A DNA stretch of 64,000 bases, taken from Curvularia clavata. Lineage: Eukaryota. Both the position numbers and the translations under genes were made by a program. Where the stretch lies: contig CP089274.1 in assembly GCA_023920165.1 (NCBI GenBank), positions 372,001 to 436,000 of the forward strand, given 5' to 3'. Below, in pieces: positions 36,519 to 54,834 of this stretch. Under the pieces are notes generated by a model. The model ran no database searches. It was not told where the DNA came from and saw only the letters and a list, made by a program, of their open reading frames with translations. Numbering within the stretch: the first letter of the stretch is position 1; every line of letters starts with the position of its first letter.

Positions 36519-37257
36519 GTTGACGACGTTTTCGATGCTCAACGCACGAGTAAGCCAGGATGATGGCTATTTAAGCTACACACGCAGAGCTGACACAGCT
36601 GGAGAGGCGCGGCGGGCAGTGTGGCTATGTTGGACAGCCTTGTACTGATATCTTCGTCGCAAAAGCGTCCTCAGAGCATGCTTGACGATGAGATAAAGTG
36701 ATGGGATGCACGGTGCAGTGGCCGGTATCCAGAGGTACAACCCGTTTGAGGATTGAGCTTCTTTTCGGGTGTTGCTGCCTTCTTGACCAAGCCCAGCTGT
36801 AGACTTCCCGCTTCAGCCTCGCTTGTTGCCTCACGGTAACCGCTGACATGCATATTACAACCGGCTGTCCAATGAAAGGCATGAGTGCACTTACGTGTCA
36901 TGGATATAAGCGGGGCCTATGGATTTTCCTCATTCGTCTATATCCATATCGGCAGACGCCAATCTGCTGCTGTGTTACCGCTATGGACATAACTCTCAAG
37001 TTGTTCCATCATAGTAGTGGGCTTTCGTGGTAGACTGGGGCGACATCGCAACAAGAAAACAGAATGGCATTTCATGACATGACACATGAGACGATAAAAG
37101 AAAAAGTCTGTTGTCAGTGGTTGGTGTTTCCACAGCAAGACGAAAAGCACTCCTTGGCGCCTTCGCGACACGATCCATCAATCCGCCCCACCAACACATC
37201 GCTTCGACCTCAACCTATCAACCCCTCCACCACAGCAAACCGTCAACCCACTCAGCT

Positions 37258-38077
37258 ATGGCGCGAGGCAAACTGATAGTTTTCGAGGGTCTGGATCGCG
37301 CAGGCAAATCAACACAATGCGAGAAACTCGTTGCAGATTTGCAAAATGACGGCATCAAGGTGCGCCACATGCGGTTTCCTGGTATGTAAACACCTCTCAT
37401 GGGGGACTATGAAGGCGTGTGACCTGCCAAAAAAACGGTTCAACAAAACTTGAATCAAAGAGTTATCAGAGAACTATGATACTGATAATCTGATCAGATA
37501 GGACGACACCAATCGGGCAAATGATCAATAGTTATTTAAGTGGACAGAGCGACCAGGAAGATCACGTGATTCATCTCTTGTTCTCTGCGAACCGATGGGA
37601 AGCAGCGTGCGTCATCGGCATGTATGAAAGCTCGATTGAGCCACTAATTTCCATTTTAGTCCATCCATCCGAGCAGACCTTGATGCTGGCATCACAGTCA
37701 TTATTGATCGCTATTACTACAGCGGCTGTGTTTACTCGGCCGCCAAACAGAACCCTAGCATGAGCCTCGAATGGTGCCGGAAACCTGACGTAGGATTGCC
37801 ACGACCAGATTTGTGTCTCTTTCTCGATATATCTGCAGAAGATGCAGCGAAGCGAGGCGGCTTCGGCACCGAGAAGTACGAGAAGAAGGATATGCAAGAC
37901 CGCGTACGAGAACTGTTTGAGACACTAATGCAGAAAAAGGAGGGCGAGGACTTTGTGAGAATCGACGCGGGTGCTAGTCTGGAAGAGGTGGCAGGAAAGG
38001 TTCGAGAGCAGGCCGATCGGTGCATTGAGCGAGTTGCAAAAGGTCGGTTGCCATTGCGAATCGTCGAAGACTGGTAG
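37258..38077 (+). CDS. CDC8: Thymidylate kinase
   Basis: [43 protein letters not shown]; two introns. Confidence 0.96.
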
Positions 38078-38083
38078 ACGCAT

Positions 38084-39190
38084 TCATCCATTGTTTGACG
38101 CCGGTATCTTATCATCATCCTCGTTCACGTTGTCAACCCATGTTTCATCAAGGTCGTCATCCAACTCAGCATCGAGCTCGTCAATGTCGGGGAACTCTTC
38201 AACCTCTTGTGTGGCGTTACCCTCTGCCTTTTTCGTCCGCTTTGTCTTAAACATGGCTTTGATCTCATCCTGGCCATACACCCTTAGGCTGAGTTCTTTC
38301 ATCATGTCAGCCCATCTGAGGAGGCTGTGACAGCTTGGGCATGACCCTTGAATTGGAATGAAAGCGTCTTTGTTGCCCTCTTCAGCAAGGAACTTCTGCG
38401 ATAGACAGGTCACATGCGACACGGAACGACAGGCTTCCATGGGGCAGATAAGCACCAGTGATTCTTCTGGACTCGCCCTTTTCTTACAGACAGCACAGAC
38501 TCTTGCTTGACCATCTGACCATACGCTTCTCGACTTTTCGACATACGACTTACAGTCTTCGTAGGCAACTGGAATTGCTCGTATGACGTCCGGTATGAAG
38601 TGTGTGCGCATCTCGTTTTGTACGTCTGGTGCGAGTCTTGGCAGCTCAGCTGGTGTCACCCGAACCGTGATGCTACTCGGCAGTCTTGTCTTCATCTTGG
38701 AAATGTGTCTTTCCCACTGCGTGAAGACGTCGGAGGCAAAGAATTGAATATGCAGGGGCCATCTACTGAAGCTCCCAACCCCGAGTAGGTGATGCAGGTT
38801 CTTCAATCGTGCTTCCAGCGACATTGGTGGCCGTGATCTCTTCGCAGGCGATGCCTTCTTTTTACCCCTGGACAGTTCCTCTCGCCTTGCATCGCGGACA
38901 TCTCGCTCTATGTGGCGAGTAGCGTGAGTATTCTGCCATGCCCACTCAAACTGCAGAGCGGCTGACTTTGAGGGAAATCCCGTGACGATGCATGTCATTT
39001 CCCATGGCCGCTTGCCTTGCATCGACGTCCGCTTTGCGCCGCCCTTTGTGGATCCATTGTGTTGGCCGAGGCGACGGGCCGGGTTGGGAGTGCTTCCAAT
39101 GTAGAAGGCCTTGCGGTTTTTGGAGCGGAGCAGATAGCAGCAGTAGAAAGCCGGGATGGGCCGGCTCTCTATCTTGATGCTGTTGGTCAT
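38084..39190 (-). CDS. SLX1: Structure-specific endonuclease Slx1 (GIY-YIG + PHD-like)
   Basis: FYCCYLLRS, YIGSTPNPARRLGQHNG, RPWEM, ALQFEWAWQ, and a C-terminal C/H zinc cluster. Confidence 0.96.
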   Translation of the reverse strand: MTNSIKIESRPIPAFYCCYLLRSKNRKAFYIGSTPNPARRLGQHNGSTKGGAKRTSMQGKRPWEMTCIVTGFPSKSAALQFEWAWQNTHATRHIERDVRDARREELSRGKKKASPAKRSRPPMSLEARLKNLHHLLGVGSFSRWPLHIQFFASDVFTQWERHISKMKTRLPSSITVRVTPAELPRLAPDVQNEMRTHFIPDVIRAIPVAYEDCKSYVEKSRSVWSDGQARVCAVCKKRASPEESLVLICPMEACRSVSHVTCLSQKFLAEEGNKDAFIPIQGSCPSCHSLLRWADMMKELSLRVYGQDEIKAMFKTKRTKKAEGNATQEVEEFPDIDELDAELDDDLDETWVDNVNEDDDKIPASNNG

Positions 39191-40199
39191 TATGATATAC
39201 GAGACCAGGGCAGCGCGTTGTTGTTACTGATGGCGTCTAGAAGCACGTAACGGCCAGTTAGGGCTGACGGGACGATGCAGATGCGATGTGTCGTGATTGG
39301 CGGGTTCCCGACGCAACAACCTGGCGCTCGGCCTGCTTTCCTGCAGTTCCCTGGATCCCACGTCTGTCGGCAGCGGAGACGCGATATTGATGACAGCCCG
39401 TCTTGTACCCGGCACAGCTAACGCATCCTACGAAATAATAGACTTCAAACGAGCAGCATGAATTAGCGATGGTCATGATGTGATGTCTGTAGTCTCGTCG
39501 CCCGCTGTCGTGTTGCCATCACCCACGAAGCCCCGGCTTGAAGCCGAAGCACACAATCGCCCAGCGATTTAAACAAGCCTCTGGGCAGGGGCGTGTGCGC
39601 GAGCACAGTTGTCAGGGCCGCCATGCAGTCGCCTGATCGGCGTGGTGTAGAGGTTTCATGCCGCTCACCATGACTACAGTCGACCAAGGTATTTTGATAG
39701 TGCTCGCATGCACCTCAGCTCCATGGTCGAACCAGGGCCAACACCACGGAGCTAAACGATGCAGGCGCCATAGGATGCTTGCACATGTGACTGATAATTG
39801 TGCACCGCCGGAATAAGCGTGGATGCGTTTGAGTTCGGTACCTTGGGTGTGATGGTGCATCCGCCGCTAGCGAGGCATAGTAGGGAACCTCTCGCACCTT
39901 TCAGCGGCCCCATCCATTCTCATACCTCGCCGCTCCCCCCCAAAGACCACGCCACACATAGCCCTTCACCACAACGCCAGTCGCCGACAGCCAGGCGTCC
40001 ACCCTCCCTGGCAACCTGTCCTGTTACATCTGAGAATTACACGGCCCGACTGGGGTCTCAAGCGGTCGTCTGCCGCTCCAGAGCCTCCATGACTACAGAC
40101 ATATCGCTTCGATAGCGCCCACTACCGACCGACTCACGCCCGATTGTCATCGCCTTCACTTCCCACCCGCCTTATTTACCGTCGCAAGGCCGCACATAG

Positions 40200-45437
<5,238 letters not shown>

Positions 45438-45997
45438 TACTCCGCCAACAACAAGGATCCTTTGTCTGGTGCAACACATGGTTTCTTTCAAGCATAATAC
45501 GGCGGCGTTACGGCATTTCCGTCACAGCCGCCGTTGTACACTACAGTTTTGTTACCCTGTTTTCCCATGCTTTCTTATGATGGCTTTCTCTGCATCAGCG
45601 AGCTTTTCTTATTTTGGTTTCATCTTTTCACGGATATCTATGGGACATTCTATCTGCTTTTGCAGACTGCAGTCTATGCTAGTTCGGTGCTGCTTATTGC
45701 ATTCAGACGAGGTGTTGAGGGGTCAGGAGAGGGCCATGCGACCAACATACCCATAAAAGGCGTGCAGTAGACTTAACATTGCTGTTCTCTTTTCCTCTTC
45801 ACTGATAACGAAGAATGGATAATTTATCATCGTAATTTTGAGTGCATATGCCATGCAGTGATGGTCGGCCACCAGTGGAGTGACGATGCGGGGATCACGG
45901 AGGTTTGCATGGTAGCGTTCGACGGCCCGTGCGCGACATTTCTGATGGCGATTCTGGTGCGATGAGTATCATTCTTGACCTCGGACGACACATCGCA

Positions 45998-47927
45998 ATG
46001 CTGCCAAGTAGAGGGCTGCGGCCTGCCCAAATCACGCCCTTGGCCTCGAGACAATCAACAATACTCCGATCAACAGCTGCAAGGAAGGTGCGCACTCCCA
46101 ATTGTCAATTGCCCACCACATGCCATCTGCCTGTTCGCGTCCCGCATGGCAGAGGCACACGACTTCACAAGCCTCTTCTCCCTGAGATACTAACTGTAGC
46201 AGTTCTCGTCGCTCCCCCGTACAGCTGGTCTTGGTACACCGATATCCCGAACAAGCCCGCTTCAGTCTGCACAGTGGAGGAAGGGCGCAGTTGGAACTCA
46301 TAATGTCGTGCTGAATGCTTCGTCTGCCCGGTATGCATCATGGTATGCGCCTTGGAGCTGGGGCAACTCCACAAAGTCCGCCGACCCCAGTTCCGTTCTG
46401 CCCTCGAACCAGGTCCCAATTGCCGAGTTCTCCCACCGTCCGGCGTCCGAGTTCGCACAGCACGCACAACACGCACAATCTACCGTTACCACAGCCACAC
46501 CTGAGCTCGCGCCTGCAACGATTGAAGAGCCTGCTGTCGTAGATGGAGCATCCAGCCAGGTCAATGCCGTTGCGGAGAACGCCTCTGCCATTGGTGAATC
46601 CAAGACACTTGACGGCCTGCTTGAGAGCGATCCAGTCAAGGATACTCTCCCCACTGCCGAATTCGATCCCACTCGCCTCATTGATCATGCTGGACAATTG
46701 AAGGAACTAGGCCTGGACTATGGCTGGGGCATGACTACGCTCTTTGAAAAGTGCATTGAGACGATTTATCTACAGTCAGGCTTAGGCTGGGCGGGATCCA
46801 TTATGCTCGCTGGTGTGGTCGTGCGTTGTTCGACGTTCTTCTTCCAAGCTCTCAGCTCAGACAAGATGGCAGCCATGGCCTCCCTTGCGCCTGTGACCAA
46901 GCCTCTGCAGGACAAGATGGAAGCTGCGATTGCACGTGGTGACAAGCAGCAGGCGGATCTCTACCGGATGCAACAGGCCGAAATCATGAGGCCGTACGTT
47001 GGAGGTATGGCCTCGATGGGTGGTTTCATGTTCATGCAAGCCTGGATTGGTTTCTCGGCTTTCAGATTTCTGAGAGCTATGGGTGAGCTGCCTGTGCCTG
47101 GCATGGATCATGACGGTTTCTTGTGGTTCACCGACTTGACTTCTCGCGATCCATACTTTATCCTGCCGGCTGCAACATCCGCTATCATGTGGACTGTCTT
47201 CAAGGTACGTCTGTTTCCCTGGTGATGACGGATAGTGAGCTGACTTTCTCAGACTGGAGGTGAAACCGGTGTCCAAAACGATGTCGGCCAAGCTGCTCAA
47301 CGTCAGAAGCTTTTTGGTGGTCTCGCCATTTTCCTTGGTCTAGTGACTGCTTTCCAAGCCTCAGCGCTGCAGCTCTACTTCCTTGTGAGTGGTGTTATGG
47401 GTGGTATCACTGGCTGGATGTTGCGCCAAAACGGCTTCCGCCGCATGATTGGTATTCGCATACTCCCTAGCAAAAAGAGCAACGAGCTCTACACCAAGGT
47501 CGCACAGGGTGAACTGAAGTTGAACGACATCAAGGGACCTGACGGCAGGATCCGCTACCAGCCCCCAACGCCTATTCGCAAAGCCCCCACCAACCGCCGC
47601 CAAATCTCTGGCATCAACGTCAAGCCGGGTGTTGCTATTCCTGCCCATCTCCAGGCCGAGGCACCCAAGATTGACCGCAACCGCCCTGACCGTGATGTTG
47701 ACTTCGAGGAGGGCGCAGCAGGCAAGCCGCTGGCGGAGAAGCTGGACTACTACAGGAGGAACTACCGCCTCAGCTACATGTGGCGCCGATTCAGCGACAG
47801 CACCGAGGAATGGACCAGGAAGATGGGCTACGGCGGCAAGAAGATGACTGCCGAGGAAGCGAAGAGGAAGAGGAAGGCGGAGGAGTACGAGATTGAGCGC
47901 CGACGAAGATTTGAGAACAGGTCGTAA
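45998..47927 (+). CDS. OXA1: Mitochondrial inner-membrane insertase Oxa1
   Basis: Presequence MLPSRGL; LKELGLDYGWG; GLGWAGSI; GFLWFTDLTSRDPYFILP; basic C-terminal tail; two introns. Confidence 0.9.
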
Positions 47928-48242
47928 GTGTGAGGGGTTAGGGGCAAAGTGTATGTGTATGATACGACTGGAAGAGTTCCAAGCTGTTAGCAACGCAGCT
48001 AGGAAAAAAAACTCATGGGTCCGGTAAAAACGCCATATTCTAGTATATCGTGGTGTGTGTGTGTCTTTTTTTTGTATAGATATTTCAAATGCATATGCTC
48101 CTGAATGAAAACTTGACGACGCTCGCATCGCTTCTCAACTTGGGGGATATGTCATATTTTGTGTAGTTATATACATTTATTTTCCAAAACTATCTTTTCC
48201 TACTCCACCTCCGCGCAATTGGCCTTTTCTCTTTTTAATCTT

Positions 48243-48763
48243 CTACTCCAAGGACGTGTACATGTCGAGCTCCTGGCCATTTCGCCGCCTCCGCTCCACG
48301 GGATCCGCGCGCATCTCGACACCGGGGCCTACGCGTCGGGCGCCGGAGGTAGCGCGGTGACTGGGGAATATCTATACGAGTAAAAAAAGTCAGTTTACTT
48401 TCCTCTCTTTTCTTTCTAAAAACAGTACAGCCAGCAATGATCGCAGCGATCGCAAATCATGTCTTAAAAGTCTCGATAACGTACCTTGGTACCCGACCAA
48501 CCCAACCTATACGCCGCCTCGTTTGCAACCAGCTCGCCGAATCCCAGCATCAGGCCGTTGACAAAGGGGAGCAATAGGTTGATTGCAGCGCCGCGGAGTA
48601 GGCCCCAGAGCGTAGGTGGCTTGTAGAGGATTAGAGGGGAGGAGGAGGAGCTGGAGGCGGGCGAGGGCGACATGTCGTTGTTGGCGTCGTAGTTTTCGCT
48701 GTCCGAGGGGATAGTCAGACCGGACTCGGCCAGGTTGGTTGGGACGGGGGTGTCAGAGGCCAT
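48243..48763 (-). CDS. MIM1: Mitochondrial outer-membrane import protein Mim1/Tom13
   Basis: AAINLLLPFVNGLMLGFGEL signature; second exon IFPSHR...YTSLE*. Confidence 0.93.
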
Positions 48764-49393
48764 GGTGAGGGGAGTGGTTGGGGGACGTCGAGGTGGGTGT
48801 GTTGGGGGAGGGTAGATGTGCTGGATAGATGGATGCTGTGCTGTGCTGTGAGCCCCACGCGGAGGTGATGCGGAGGTCGAGTATGCAGCGGTGCAGCAGG
48901 GTCAATGGCACGAGTCTGCGTCGAGAGAGTAGAGCGATGGTCTTCGCTCGTGGTATGGAATTGTTGGATGCAGTTCACGGCTGCATGCAGGAACGGAGTG
49001 GCGGCTGCGCGGCCGAAAGTGCAGTATGCGGTCGGCGTTGGTGTTGGTGAGGCTCAAACCAGGGCCACTCTTGGCATCAGGGCGGAACGCGGGTGCGTGT
49101 TTGGAGGCAGCTGATTTACTTTGAAAAGTGTACACCAGTTCAGTTAACACAGTGCATTGTCTTGCCCTCAGCTGGTTAGTTCATCTGTAAGTCTGATTCT
49201 GCAGCTCTGCTCGGACGAATCCACCTCCTACAGCCTCGAGCAAAAGTAAAAGTGCAGGCGACGTCACCAATCGCCGCCTGAGAACGGCGTGGGATACCTA
49301 GACCCCACCCAACCGCTACCAGTAAACCGACAACACGCTTGAACGCCATCACCAACACGGCGCTTCTTCACCTGCAGCACTCATCAAGCTGTA

Positions 49394-50800
49394 ATGTCTG
49401 AAGCTGCTCCCGACCGAGACGCCCAGATCGCGCAGCTCGCTAGCTTGACCGGCCTTGACGCTGCAACGGTATGTGGAAGCTCATCGAAGCTATTGGACCT
49501 GCTCACCAACACGCACAACAGGCAGAACGCTATCTCAACGCCGCCAACGGAGACCTCACTCTCGCAGCCTCCCTCTTCTTTGACCAGACCGCCGAACAAC
49601 AAGAAGCCGATTCCGAACCAGACGACGATATGGCCGACGACGATTCCACCAACCCCAGCCAGAACCCCCCTCCACCCTCCGGCGGCGGACGCACGCTTGG
49701 AGGTGCACATGTACCCTCGCCTGCACCTGCCGCAGCTTCTTCTTCGTCATCACAGCGACCCGCTGGCCGTGGACAGCCCACGCAGCGGGGTGTGGCTGGC
49801 GCCAGGACGCTAAGAGACTTGCAGTCATCTGGAGGTGGCCATGGACACGCTCACGATGATGATGATGATGACGACCATAGTCCCGAGGATGACAACCAAG
49901 ACTTCTTTGCCGGTGGTGAGAAGTCTGGCCTTGCAGTACAGAACCCTAACCAGTCGAATCCACGCGACCAGATCAACAACATCCTAAAGCGGGCGCGGCA
50001 GTAAGTTGGCTTCCAGTTTGGTCGCCTGTGACACCACAGCTGACAGATGCAGGAACGCTCCCCGGCCAGGCGGCGATGACGAGCAGCCAGCCACCTCGCA
50101 CTTCCGTGGTACAGGCACAACGCTTGGGGGCGACGACGCTCCATCTCGTATCATCCCCGACCCCAACGCGAACATGCCCGCACCTCCCCCGCGTGCCCAC
50201 CGCGAACTCCACCTCTGGCGTGACGGCTTCTCGGTCGACGACGGCGACCTGTACCGCTACGACGACCCTGCCAACGCACGCACGCTGGAAATGATCAACA
50301 CGGGCCATGCCCCGCTGCACATCCTCAATGTCGAGCACGGCCAGGAGGTAGATGTCGAGGTACACGCGCACAAGGACGAGGACTACAAGAAGCCAAAGAA
50401 GAAGTACGTTCCCTTCTCGGGTACGGGAAACCGTTTGGGTAGCCCCACGCCCGGCTCGAGTTCAGCGGCTGCTGCCATGCCGGCTGCAAGCTCGAGTAGC
50501 ACAGGGGCCTCGACCTCAGCGGCTTCTGGGCAGCCGACGGTCGAGGTGGATGCATCGCAGCCTACACTGACGCTACAGGTTCGGCTTGGTGATGGGACAC
50601 GGTTGACGTCGCGGTTCAACACTACACACACTATTGGCGACGTCTACGACTTTGTGGGTCGAGCTAGCACGGCGAGCCAGGGTCGCGAATGGGCGCTCAT
50701 GACGACATTCCCCAGCAAAGAACTAACAGACAAGGCTCAGGCGCTGGGTGACATTGCAGAGTTCAAGCGGGGAGGGGTGGTGGTGCAGAAGTGGAAGTGA
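49394..50800 (+). CDS. SHP1: Cdc48/p97 adaptor Shp1/p47 (UBA-like, SEP, UBX)
   Basis: FFAGGEKSGLAVQNP, LHLWRDGFSVDDG (SEP), FSGTGNRLG (SHP box), QVRLGDGTRL..RFN...TTFPSKEL (UBX). Confidence 0.95.
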
Positions 50801-52316
50801 GTGGTGCATTGTGCTCGTACATCGGTGTCGCATTGAGACTCGATATTGCAATACGACCGGCTATGGGGGAGTGAGTGTGGAGGCATGATGGGAAGTTGAT
50901 TATTCCGAGGCGCATGATTCGGAAAGGCGTCGTGGCTATATGCTGGACGCTGCTAGGAGCAGAGTCGGAGCGAAGTAGTCGGAGCGATTGCGCCATTAGG
51001 TGAGCCGGCGAGGTAGAAAATGATAGACATGACATGACGTACATGGGATACAAACATGGGAATTGTGTGGAATATCAGCTGAGACTGGCACGCTTAGGGT
51101 CTAGTGCGCTGTGTACCTGCTTAGTGGACGGTCGAGTAGTTGGCGGACGGTTGTAGTCTTGTGTTGCGCCACTCTAGTGCTGCCCCTCGGCGGTTCCTTG
51201 CAGGCGTCGTCTTGTCATGCGAACTCTGTGGATTCTGGGGGTGAAGTCTGTGGATGTGCTTTTTGTGGTGGTGGGGGCGAGGGCGTGCATATCCCTCAGT
51301 CGATGCCATGCATGCATACCACGACGACAGCAAACCGTGTGGGGACTTTCTTTGCCTCTTATCTTAAATTATGCCGCCCAACCAAGACGCCAGCGCCGGG
51401 ATGGGCAATTTGCGTGCATTTCCCTCGCCGCGAGCAGCAGCTGTGATTTGAGCAGCCAAGGCCAGGCCTTCTCTGGGTAGATGAGTTGCGGCAGATGGTG
51501 CGACGGCTCATCCGTTCGGAGGGTTTTGCGAAACACGCAAGCTCCCCCGGCCTCGCACTCTGCAACCACTAGAAGGCGGCAAACGAAGGCCAAAAACCAC
51601 ACACTTGGCGATCGCCATTTGCGTAACGCGTCAGCAGTCGTCTCCAGTACCCTGCCGCACGGAGCGGGCGGCGGTGCCACTCATGGGGGATTCAGTGTCA
51701 AAACCCATGGACATGCCTCGATCGACGTTCCTGATGGCCGCGTACTGCCCGTTTGAGCCTCAACCATCTCACCACGCCAATCTCATACCCTGTCCGCTTG
51801 CGCCCCCGACCCATGTTCCGCCCGTTTCTCCAACCCTCGTCTCGCCTCGTCTCGTCTTGCCGGCCATTTCGTGCTTCTATTTTTCTCTTTGCTTCTCTTT
51901 CTCCCCATCTCTTTTGCTCTCTCTAGTCGCTCCTTGTCTCTGCTCTGCTCTGCTCTACTGCCTTTATTCGCGGATCCACGTACGGCAGGAACGACGTCGA
52001 TGAGCGCTGGTTGACTAGTATAGCTCCGGCCTTCTTGCTCCCAAGTCGCCACCGCCTACGCTTTCCTTGTATATACCCAGGCGACCAGCCCCGGAACCTC
52101 TGACACAAAGAGTGCCCGCCGCGCCGCAGTTGCAAACTGCCACAGTCTCTACCCTTCTACTCCTTCTGTGTCCTTCGTCGACCACTGCCTTCAAGCGATG
52201 CTGCGGATTCACTATCGGTAAAGCCTACGACCGACTGTACTCCAGCTACGACCATCCATCGCAGTGCGCTAGCGCTGAGCACTAACACGACACGACTACG
52301 ACCAAACACCGCCATC

Positions 52317-54834
52317 ATGTTTTTCCGATCTCCTCGCAGATTTGCTATATTTTGCTTTGTAACCCTGCTTTTCATATGCGTCGTCCTGCGGCAGAGCCCA
52401 TGGGCGCAGGAAAAGGTCTATGAAAGAATACCCATGTACAACTTGGGCAGACACCCAGCAGAACAAGAATTACTCCACGAATCCAAAGAGCCTCAGACCA
52501 ATTCTGAAGATGCATGGCAACACGCCCTCCCTAAGCCTGCTGCAAGCCCGAGCCCTGCGCAATCGCAGCAGGCAACGAGCGCAGCAAAGGTCATTCCTCC
52601 TCCTATGCAGGCTTCACATACACCCGCACCCGAGTCCAAGCCTACAAAGGCTCTCCCGCCGTGGGTGACTGCGCCTTCGAGAACTGGTTCCTTCATCCCG
52701 CCCACCCCACAGCCAACGAACATGAAGGAGTACCTCAAGAAAATGCTGAAATGGCCGCGACCAAGCTGGGACGGACATTGGCCACCGTTCCAGGACTATG
52801 TCGACAAGGCGTACGATCCCAACCGCTGGGAGCAGTTTGACATGTAAGTGGAAGAAGTCACAAAATATATTGTCAATCAGCTATTCCTAACATTTTTCCA
52901 GGGACGACCGCATCTATCAGGCTGGACATGACAAGCTCAATGAAACAAACGCAGCTGACCCAATAGCCTACAAGCCATTCCCCAAGTACAACACACCCGA
53001 GTGGAAGAAGAAGTGGCACGGCGAGCACGTGGCTTGTCTGGGTCCTCGAGGTATCCCGCTGAACATCAGCACCGATGACGAGGTTCAAGTGTATCGCGGA
53101 CTCCCAGAAGGATTTCCTCCTGTATATGCGGGCGGCTACGATGTTATTGGTCTGGACGAGGACGTTTGCTTCGATCGCTACTCTCGGTACGGCCCTTATG
53201 GATACGGCGACGACGAATTCCCAGAGGTGGTCAAGGACTGGAAAGCACCCCAGCTGGTGCCTGAATGGTCCGAGGTCAACTGGGGTGAGCTGCAGGCAGA
53301 CTGTCTTGAACGCAACAAGGAGCGATACAGGCCCGAGGCAAGATCCAAATTCGTTAAGATACCCAGCACCGTGTTGCCTGAGCCCGCTGCCGCTTCTTCG
53401 GCGTTTGCCATCCCAACAGACACCAGCAGGAGCAATCTTGAGGTTAGAGAAGAGCCGGAGAAGAAGTACCACCACCGCACTGCAGTGCTTATCCGTGCCT
53501 GGACCGGTTACAAGTACGAGGAGAACGATATTACTGCCATCCGCGCAATGGTGTCCGAGCTGTCACTTCAGTCTGGTGGAGAGTACCAGGTCTACCTCTA
53601 CGTCCACGTCAAGGACCGAAGCCTCGCCATCTTCGATGATCAGGAACTATACGACCGGGTTCTTCGAGAGAACGTGCCTGAGGAACTCCAGGACATTGCC
53701 GTGCTATGGTCGGAGTCTATCTTCCCACAATGGTATCCAAAGGTCATGGATTGGCAGGTTTACTGGCAACAATTTATGTGTCTACAGTGGTTCAGTCTCA
53801 CCCATCCTGAATTCGACTACATCTGGAACTGGGAGACGGATGCGAGATACACAGGACACCACTATCACTTTTTTGAGAAGATTAGCGAGTTCGCCGACAA
53901 GCAGCCCAGGAAGCTTCTCTGGGAGCGCAACAAGCGATACTACCTCCCCAGCATCCACGGAGACTACCAGTCATTTGTGGAGAACACACACAAGGATGTT
54001 CTGAATGCCTCTGCAAACTCGCTCATCCCACCTCCAGTCTGGGGACCTCGACCCTGGGCACGCGCCGATCCTCCGCAAAAACCACTTGGGCCCACACCAC
54101 CCACAACAATGGAAGAAGACAACTTCGAATGGGGTGTTGCCGAGCCCGCCGATTTCATCACTCTGCTCCCCATGTGGGATCCACGCAACACCACCTGGTC
54201 CTACAAGGACAAGATCTGGAACTACCTGCCCAACATCCGACCTATCTTCACCCCCGAGGACGGCCAAGCCGATTGGTTCACACACCCAGATTTCGAACAG
54301 ATCGACCGCCGCACTTTCATCAACACGGTCGTGCGCTTCAGCAAGAAAATGCTCCAAGCCATGCACGAAGAGAACCTCGTCGGCCGCAGCATGCAAGCCG
54401 AAATGTGGCCTTCGACCGTCGCCCTACAACACGGCCTCAAAGCCGTCTACGCTCCGCACCCCATCTTCACCGACCGCCACTGGCCCACTGGCTACACATC
54501 CGCCATCTTCGACACCGCCTCCTCGGTCGACCCAGACACAGGCGAGGCCCTCGAATCGCGCCAGGGCGCGTGGACAGAAGAAGCAGATTCTCCTTACAAC
54601 CACGACCGCGAATTCAATTTCTCGGGCTGGAGCTGGTACTATGCCAGTCGTTTCCCAAGAAATCTCTACAGGAGGTGGTTGAACTGGCCCATTGTCAAGC
54701 AGAATTGGGGCGAGGAGGAGGAGATCGATGGCGGTCCGGGGTGGGATGGTGCACTCGAGCAGAAGAGAATGTGTATGCCGGGGATACTGTTGCATCCGGT
54801 TAAGAGGATGGCCAAACATGAGCCTAAGCCTTGA
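52317..54834 (+). CDS. DUF3405-like type II membrane protein
   Basis: N-terminal TM anchor and P-rich stem. Motifs CFDRYSRYGPYGY, RTAVLIRAW, ELSLQSGGEY, HPEFDYIWNWETDARYTG, LLHPVK; one intron. Confidence 0.85.

Noticed and set aside
36630..36872. RNase P/MRP RNA (GGGAAGTC after a hairpin on the minus strand)
   Set aside because: No complementary CR-V strand can form the P4 helix.
52000..52221. Short uORFs (MSAG*, MLRIHYR*) upstream of the DUF3405-like gene
   Set aside because: The transcription start is unknown and such ORFs are expected by chance.
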